DNA of 63,646 nt, filler included, from Psammoneis japonica (Eukaryota), in assembly GCA_008632985.1 (NCBI GenBank). It is 4 parts of 4 records of this genome, joined end to end, with 100 filler letters (N's around TTAATTAATTAA, not from the genome) between each part and the next. Parts side by side here need not be neighbours in the genome. Positions count along the whole stretch, not along the records: positions 62,356 to 63,646 come from QPGO01000566.1; 3 more parts are not named here. The stretch is one strand, 5' to 3'. The notes beneath the pieces are model-generated. The model did not search any database. It was not told where the DNA came from and was given only the letters and a program-made list of their open reading frames with translations. Positions within the stretch are counted from its first letter, which is position 1, and the number at the start of each line of letters is the position of its first letter. Positions 62,356 through 63,646 of the stretch are shown one piece after another. The position numbers were made by a program, and so were the translations under genes.

Positions 62356-63646
62356 AACATGTTCAACTGAAGTGTGCGTGCAACTTCAGCAAATGCTGCT
62401 GAAACATGAGTCCCGTTTGCTTCAGCAAAGCTGGCACTTTGATGTGCTCCACATGCAAAATGACCAAAACGCTCAGCCCCATTTTGCCCTTTGCCGGCGG
62501 AGTCAATTTGAGACAACGCGGACACTGGAAATGGTTCTTGTCTGTCAAAAAAAGGAAACATGACCATTGTGCTTCACACCAAGATTGGTCAACTTTTCCA
62601 AGACAAGGAGTGCCCCAACACCACCTCCACTTGCACTCTTCTGAGTCAAGTTTGAATGGCTTTAAGATTTTGTGGGCCATGAGGTGTCGCATGTTGGCTT
62701 CTTTTCAAAAAACTTGAAATTTGTGCACTGGTTGATCATTGCTGACCAATGGCCCCTGTGCNNNNNNNNNNNNNNNNNNNNNNNNNNNNNNNNNNNNNNN
62801 NNNNNNNNNNNNNNNNNNNNNNNNNNNNNNNNNNNNNNNNNNNNNNNNNNNNNNNNNNNNNGCTTGGTTCATGTTTTTTTCTGCATGTTGTCCATGCAAA
62901 AAACAATGTGCACAATCATGCATGCCATGTGTGCAGTGCACTGCTGCGTCCCTGCTCATTTTTTCAGCACGAGCTCGAATTTTCACAGAAGCGCGCTGAG
63001 AGTTTCTGTGCATTCACACAGATTTTGCACCAGTTGCATCGTAGATTGATGTTGATCACCAGCCCAGACAAGCTCTCAGTTGGACACAAAACATTTTTCA
63101 AGACTGCCAGCTTGGTTGACAGGTTTCGAGGTTGGCTTTGTGCGGCGCAAACACGCGGCTTTCTGCACAGATGGCTCAGGAACGCGTCCCATTCCTGAAC
63201 CATTGCAGGTGCTCAGGAGTGCACTGCGCACTTCTTGCCAAAGCAGGGGCATGCAATTCTTCAGTGTCAGGTCTTCAAACAGCTTGAAGATTAGAGTGCT
63301 CAACAAATGGCGGCTGTGGTGAAAAACAAATTGAGCTTGGATCTGCCTGCGCTGCATGCGTCGACCATCAAACCAGCCGCTATTCTCATGTGAGTTGCAG
63401 TTGCATCAAGAAATTTGCACAAAGCACCTGACACTGGGGGCACAATCAACGGCAAGCACCAAATTTCCTCTCATTGCACATTGCTGTGTTTCTCAGCGCC
63501 CTCTTCCTGGCAGCAGAAAAAGTGGGAAGAAGCGTCACAAGAAGCCCCTTCCAGTGGCCCAAGACTGGCTCACATGAATTGCACATGCCTGTGTTAGATT
63601 TGACAAAAGAAAACATGAAAAACATGAGGAAAGCATGAGTTGTGGG
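62356..63646. mobile_element. TpA-depleted degraded repeat sequence, family unrecognised
   Basis: Same dinucleotide signature as the other transposon blocks; no motif recognised. Confidence 0.45.

Overview
Eukaryotic genomic DNA, most likely from a diatom. Support: short GT-AG introns, a signal peptide followed by an ASAFAP-like plastid motif, and CoDi-type Copia, Ambal-type LINE and Plavaka-like elements. The window is several contigs joined by artificial N44-TTAATTAATTAA-N44 linkers. Two sharply different compartments alternate. (i) Normal-composition host gene blocks (about 19.6-28 kb, 29.6-35.8 kb and 40-55.8 kb) encode an S28 peptidase, a class V aminotransferase, a plastid protein, a GHKL/DUF3684 protein, a PPR protein, a soluble-type adenylate cyclase and several pseudogenes. 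(ii) Transposon blocks (1-19.3 kb, 35.9-40 kb, about 46.5-46.7 kb and 55.9-63.6 kb) have lost almost all TpA dinucleotides and are rich in TpG/CpA. In these blocks, conserved transposon tyrosines read as Cys or His, surviving TpA sites have a biased context, and one transposase appears part-way through the conversion. The main finding is therefore a candidate repeat-targeted TpA->TpG/CpA (A-to-G) hypermutation process, the reverse of fungal RIP. Its mechanism cannot be read from this window. Family assignments come from remembered motifs, not database searches.
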